Shown here piece after piece: positions 58,683 through 64,000 of a DNA stretch of 64,000 nt. Position numbers and translations under genes: made by a program. The notes beneath the pieces were generated by a model, which saw only the letters and a list, made by a program, of their open reading frames with translations, did not search any database and was not told the origin of the DNA. Source of the stretch: Camelus dromedarius (taxonomy: Eukaryota); contig NC_087458.1 in NCBI RefSeq assembly GCF_036321535.1, positions 6,944,001 through 7,008,000 on the forward strand, read 5' to 3'. Position 1 is the stretch's first letter; every line of letters starts with the position of its first letter.

Positions 58683-59871
58683 CACCCATTCCTGTATCTA
58701 TCCCTCCCCTCCCCTCCTGGCAGGGAGTTAGGAATGGGCAGGGCCCCTCCGTGCCAGCTCTTGCGGTCCTTGCCCAACTCCCACCCGCAGCAATACCTGA
58801 ACCCTCTGTCTAGGTAGGGGCAGGAAGGGCCGCCTGAGGGGGGCAGGAGGACTGTTCTTTACGGTTTTGTTTTTTTTTTTCCCTACTGAGTTTGCTGTGG
58901 GTACAGGTACAAGGGGAGGGCCTGAGGTATGCAAGCCTGGGGAAGGGCAGACTAACCAGTACCACTGCCTTCTCAGGGACAAGAGAAATCCCTCACCCTG
59001 TCCCTCTGTCCCCACGCCTACTCTACAGCATCAAAGAATGTAGGGCCAGGACCCTAAATCTCCTTTTCTTTGAGATGGGGAGTTCTGGGGTTCTGAGTGT
59101 GTGGGAGAAGTTTTATATTGCTTCCAAAGAGCTTGGTTTAAAAAGAAACTAGAGACACTCATCTTGGCTCCTGGTTTGTGTGTGGGAACAAAGTGGGCAT
59201 GAAGAAGTTTTGGGGTGCAGGAGGAGGCAGCGGGGCCTATAACCCAGTAAGGCATGAGGTGGGTATGAGAACATCCAGGGAGCAGCCTGCAAGCCTAGAA
59301 GTGGTAATGACAGTGACAAGATGAGCCCACATGGCTCTCAATGCTCCCCAGCATTCATCTAGCCTAGGTCGGTGCTTTGATGTCACCAGTTGTCACAACG
59401 AAGGAAGAGGTGGCACTTTCCTCAGGAGATTCCGGAGTATCCTGAGGGCCACATATGAGAACATCAAACTACATGGATATGAAATATCTTTAAAACAGAT
59501 TTTGGGGAGACTGTGGACATGATTGTCCTGTTCCCCTCTCCTCCACCCCCAGGTGTGGGAAGCCTAGTGGAATAGAATTAATCAGTCAAGCTGGGATTAA
59601 AGGCTCAGAGCATCTTAGGGACCAGTTGAGAGCATTGGGTTCAGGGATTGGTGCCGCTGAATGGCCAGTGCTTAATTGGATACAGGCTTTCAAGGCATGT
59701 CTGAAATGGAGAAGGGGAGGGAGCACCCTGGAAGTGGGGTAGATGGCAGATGTGGCCTCTCAGGGAGGATTGGGAGTAAAGAAGACTTAGAGGTGGAGGA
59801 GGGGTGTGGGGTGGCGGAAGCAGAGAGGAGGGGCGGGTCTGGGGCTGGCTCTGTCAGAGGAGGGGGAAGCC

Positions 59872-62800
59872 TCAGGTTATGCTCAGCACTCGCATGATGT
59901 TGGTATAGCCAGAGCCTGGTCGCCAGCCTGTCACCACAATCACCAGGTCCCCAGAACGGAGGAAGCCACGGAGCTTTCCTGGGAGGAGGAAGGGGAGAAG
60001 ATAATAACCAGCCATTGAGGGACCCAGGTCAGCCCTGTAATGAGAACCAGCTACCACCCTTCACCTCCCCAAGGCCACTCAGTAGGGAATGGGGCCTGGG
60101 ACAAACTGTATAGTGTGTCCCACAGGTGGCACCACAGGGAATGTGACCACTGCAGTATATCAGCGCTGCAGGTGTGCCCCTGGAGTGGCGTGGGGTGTGT
60201 TGCCAAGGAGCAAGTCTGTCCACCTGTATTGCTATGCTGATAGAAGCGGTGGGGTATGAGCATAGCCAACTGTAAATTCGATTTTAGTTGCTGCTGCAGG
60301 GGACTTGGTCCCCCTTTCTCTTCTCACGTCTTGCTCCTTGTGTCATGCCTGGCTCTAGCCACCTGGTGCGGGCAGCAGCTGCACCGACTTTTTAGGGATG
60401 GACCTTAGAGGGCCTCTTCCTCTGCCCTTCTCCCTCAGCATGCCCCCCCCCCCCTTGGAGGCCCAAATAGCTGAGTCCTAGTGAACCTCACAGAGAAAAT
60501 CTGGGACCAAAGGAGAGAGGCAAGGCCCTCTGGGTGAGTGTGGGAACTGGGGTTGGGGGACTCATGATATAAATCCAGGGGTGGGCAGGAAGGAAGTCTA
60601 GGTGGCTCACCACTTTCAATGCCAAATTGGACCCGGCGATCCACATCGTCTGCCCAGATGGCCTCTGGAGGTTCACGGTAGAGCACAGGGAAGACTCCTC
60701 GGCATAGGTGGGCCTGGCGGGCAGCCTGGGCAGAGCGGGTGACAGCAATGACTGCTGCCTGAGGTCGGTACCGAGACAGAAGCTGTGCTGAACTGAAGGA
60801 GGCAGAGAAGGTCAGACCAGAACAGTGAGTGTTAGGTTCTAGTTCCAAGTGCCACCAATAAGTTGTGTGACCCTGGGTAAATCATATTTATCTGGGCTTT
60901 GGTTTTCTCACCTGTAAAATGGGTATAAGAATACCTGCCTTTCTTACCACATAAGGAAGATACGAAATGATAAAAAATATATCATCAAATGAGATATTAA
61001 GGAGAAACCTCTTTGAAAAACAGAACCCTTCTGGGAATGTACCTTTATATAGTACTTAACATGCAAATGTCTCTTGTTAATCCTCACAACCCCATGAGCA
61101 AGTGGAGGAGGCTTATAGAGCCTGGGTGACTTACCCAAGGTGTCACAGCTGAGTTTCAGAGCAATGACTTGAACTCAGACTTTCTGGGCCCTTCTGCAAC
61201 ACCTCAACATTATAAGGCTTTGTGGGCTAAATGCAGAGGACCTGCCTCTCAGACTTAGAAGCTCAAATGACCTGGAAGCCAATGCACTCACTGATGCCAC
61301 CTTCCCCTTCCAACCCCTTGGGGCTCACAGTCACAATTCCTGGTGTGCTCCAAGATCTGCCTCTCCTGGCCTCTAGCTCCCATAGCTGTCTCTCCTCTTG
61401 CCCCTGAATGATTCCTGATGATGAGATAAAACCCAAGCCTGGGGCCCACCCTAGTCTGCCCCTGACCCAAAGCCCTGTCTTGGCGTTCCCCGTGTCCCCC
61501 TCACCGGCCAGTTGTGGTCAGCACGATGATGGCAGAGGCACAGCACTTGAAGGCAGCCTCCACAGCGCCAATAGCGGTGACCTCTGTGGGATCCCGGCTC
61601 AGCGGTGCCGCCCGGCGCAGCTCCTCAAAGAGCTGCCGGTGGTACACTGCAGCCTCTGCCTCCCGGGCAATCTGTGGGCACCAGGAGGTCAGGCTGGGCA
61701 GGGGTATTGGGACCTGGAAGGGGTTTTGGTTTTCCAGCCCATTTGCCTTGCATCCTGAGCTCCTACCGCATGCTGCATCTTTACAGCCTCCACAGGAAAG
61801 TTGCCCTTGGCAGTCTCCCCCGACAGCATGATGCAGTCTGCTCCATCCAGCACGGCGTTGGCCACATCACTTGTCTCTGCCCGAGTTGGCCGAGGCTTAG
61901 TGATCATGCTCTCCAACATCTGGGGGAACATCTGGACGTCAGAGCTGTAGGAGCCATACTCTGACTGGGGACCCTGCCCCAAACTACTGCTCTGACATCC
62001 ACACTCTCTGAGGGTCCTGAAAGCTAGGGTCACAGTCACAAAATGTGTGATCCTGGCTGTTCTATTTCCTCATCTGAAAATGGGGGGGGGGGTCACAGCA
62101 TCTCTTCCTAGCTTTGTTATTTGAGGGTCAAACACTGGACAGCAAAATGTGTTAGAGACCTAAGGTGTTGGTATTCACCCTCAGGTATCCCCAGACCCAC
62201 AGAGTGCCCTGCCGCAAGGGCTCACTCCAGACCTGTGTAGCACAGACGACAGGCTTGCCCGCCAAGTTGCAACGGCCAATCATCATCTTCTGAGCCAGGA
62301 AAACCTTCTCCGCTGGGATCTCAATGCCCAGGTCACCCCGTGCAACCATAATGCCATCGCTCACTTCCAGGATTTCATCAAACCTGGGCAGTTGGGGGAG
62401 TTAGGGCTGTGGAAGAGCCAGAAGATGCCAGGGAGAGGCAGGCAGGAGAAGAAGAGGGGCAATGGGGATGGTTAGGACCTGATGGGGACAAAGACCAAGA
62501 CTCACTTCTTGACGCCTTCATGGTTCTCAATTTTGCTAATGATCTTGATGCCCTGTCCTTCCGGCCCCAGAGCAGCCCTGACGGCAGCCACGTCGCTGGC
62601 ATTCCGCACAAAGGAGGCAAAGATGATGTCCACGCCATGTTCCACCCCGAAGCGCAGGTCCTGGACATCTTGCTCAGACAGCCCGGGCAGGTCCACTTGG
62701 GTGCCCGGCAAGTTCACGCCCTTCCGGCTGCCCAGGACACCGCCATTTTCCACTTGGGTCTCTAGCCACTCTGGACCTGCGAACATGGATAAAGCCGGCC

Positions 62801-63783
62801 GAGGTCAGGGGTGAGGCCGGGGGCATAGCCACGGCAGCGGGAACACGTGACTTGGACCCTCAAGAGAGCGGAATGATGTCCTATTCATTTCTTCGCCCTC
62901 GGCCTGGACTCTGCACCGAATAGGCACAGGGAGGAAGTTATGGGGAAGAAACGACTAACCCGCCAGTCCAGCCCCAACCCAGGGTGAGCCCAGGAGTCTG
63001 CATGCCGGGGGCTCGTGGGGCGGTGGCCAGGGGAAGGTGTGGTGGGTCTAAAGGGCGAATGCGGGAGCCAAAAGGAGGAAAGTGCGCTCACTGCGCACAG
63101 CCAGGGCGGGAGGCGCATCCGCACCGATTTTCTTGACCACTAGGGAGATGAGCCCGTCGTCAATGTAGATGCGGCCCCCCACCGGCACGACCCGGACGAT
63201 ATTGGGGTAGTCCACCCACACGGTGTTCGCGTCCCCCCGCGTCCGGAACTCCAGGTCCACGGTCACTAGCACCTGGGAGCCCTTCACTAGCTGCACTTCC
63301 GACGCCGGGCCCTAGGGGCGGGGCCAGAGGAGCACTGAGTTCTGCCCGCGGCGGTACGGGGCCGGCCCCCTCCCCATGCTCCGCCCTTTGGGCAACTGCC
63401 TCCGCGCCGCGCCGCCCCCTTCTCGGTCCCCGGGACAGGTCGGGTCCCAGGTCGCCTCTCACCCCCTGCAGGATCCCAGTGCGTATCTCCGGTCCCTTGG
63501 TGTCCAGAGCTATGGCCACGGGTCGGTAGCTGAACGGGGAAGTTGCAAAGCTCTCCACCGCCTCCCGGATGTTGGCGATGGACTCAGCGTGGTACTGGGG
63601 ACAGGAAAAGAGCGAGGATTTCAGGGGAAAGTGGCCAGGATCCTGGGGCATCCTCTAACCCCGCCTGCCTCCCTGCGGTCCCGCCCTGAACCTCGTGGGA
63701 GCCGTGGGAGAAGTTGAGTCGCGCAATGTTCATCCCGGCCTTGATCATCTCCTTGAGGCGCTCCACGGAGCGAGATGCCGGCC
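59872..63783 (-). CDS. PKLR: Pyruvate kinase L/R, 5'-partial; first exons are beyond the window
   Basis: Exons on minus: 63783-63692, 63594-63463, 63311-63125, 62776-62506, 62383-62233, 61919-61767, 61671-61505, 60792-60611, 59978-59872 (92, 132, 187, 271, 151, 153, 167, 182, 107 nt; sizes match human PKLR). Motifs [61 protein letters not shown]. Confidence 0.98.
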
Positions 63784-64000
63784 CTGGAACCACAGATCCC
63801 CACTCAGACAACTTTCTCCCCAAACCTGAGGGACAGCCCGCACCTATCACCACCGTCAGAAACGCCCCAGGCGGCAGAAGTCCTGTTACCTGCCCTTTGT
63901 TCCCTGATGCCACCCCAGCTCACAGGTCAGAAATTCCTTTTCCCCCTCTGGCTCACACCCGCTTCCTTGGACTGTGAGGTCCTAGAGGAACAGCCTCAGC

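Overview
Mammalian genomic DNA, most likely a camelid (inferred from at least 8 copies of a tRNA-Ala-derived vic-1-type SINE). The window is orthologous to the gene-dense human 1q22 cluster: MTX1 (+, exons 2-8), GBA1 (-, all 11 coding exons), ENTREP3/FAM189B (-, 12 exons), SCAMP3 (-, 9 exons), CLK2 (-, 13 exons, three hidden in N gaps), HCN3 (+, 8 exons) and PKLR (-, last 9 coding exons). I located the exons by hand from GT/AG sites; phases are consistent and the visible frames are open. There is no GBAP1/MTX1P duplication. The roughly 17 kb between GBA1 and ENTREP3 is a stack of L1, ERV LTR, MaLR, L2, MER20 and SINE insertions. It also holds an orphan CpG-rich promoter at about 24.1-24.9 kb, probably the distal GBA1 promoter displaced about 14.7 kb from the ATG. 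I see no wholly new gene system. The best leads are regulatory or lineage-specific: the distal GBA1 exon with a possible uORF ending in a TGATG stop/start overlap, loss of the second GBA1 initiator Met, PKLR R490Q, and HCN3/PKLR and MTX1/GBA1 tail-to-tail 3' ends. Comparisons to human, mouse or cattle sequences are from memory and need checking by alignment.
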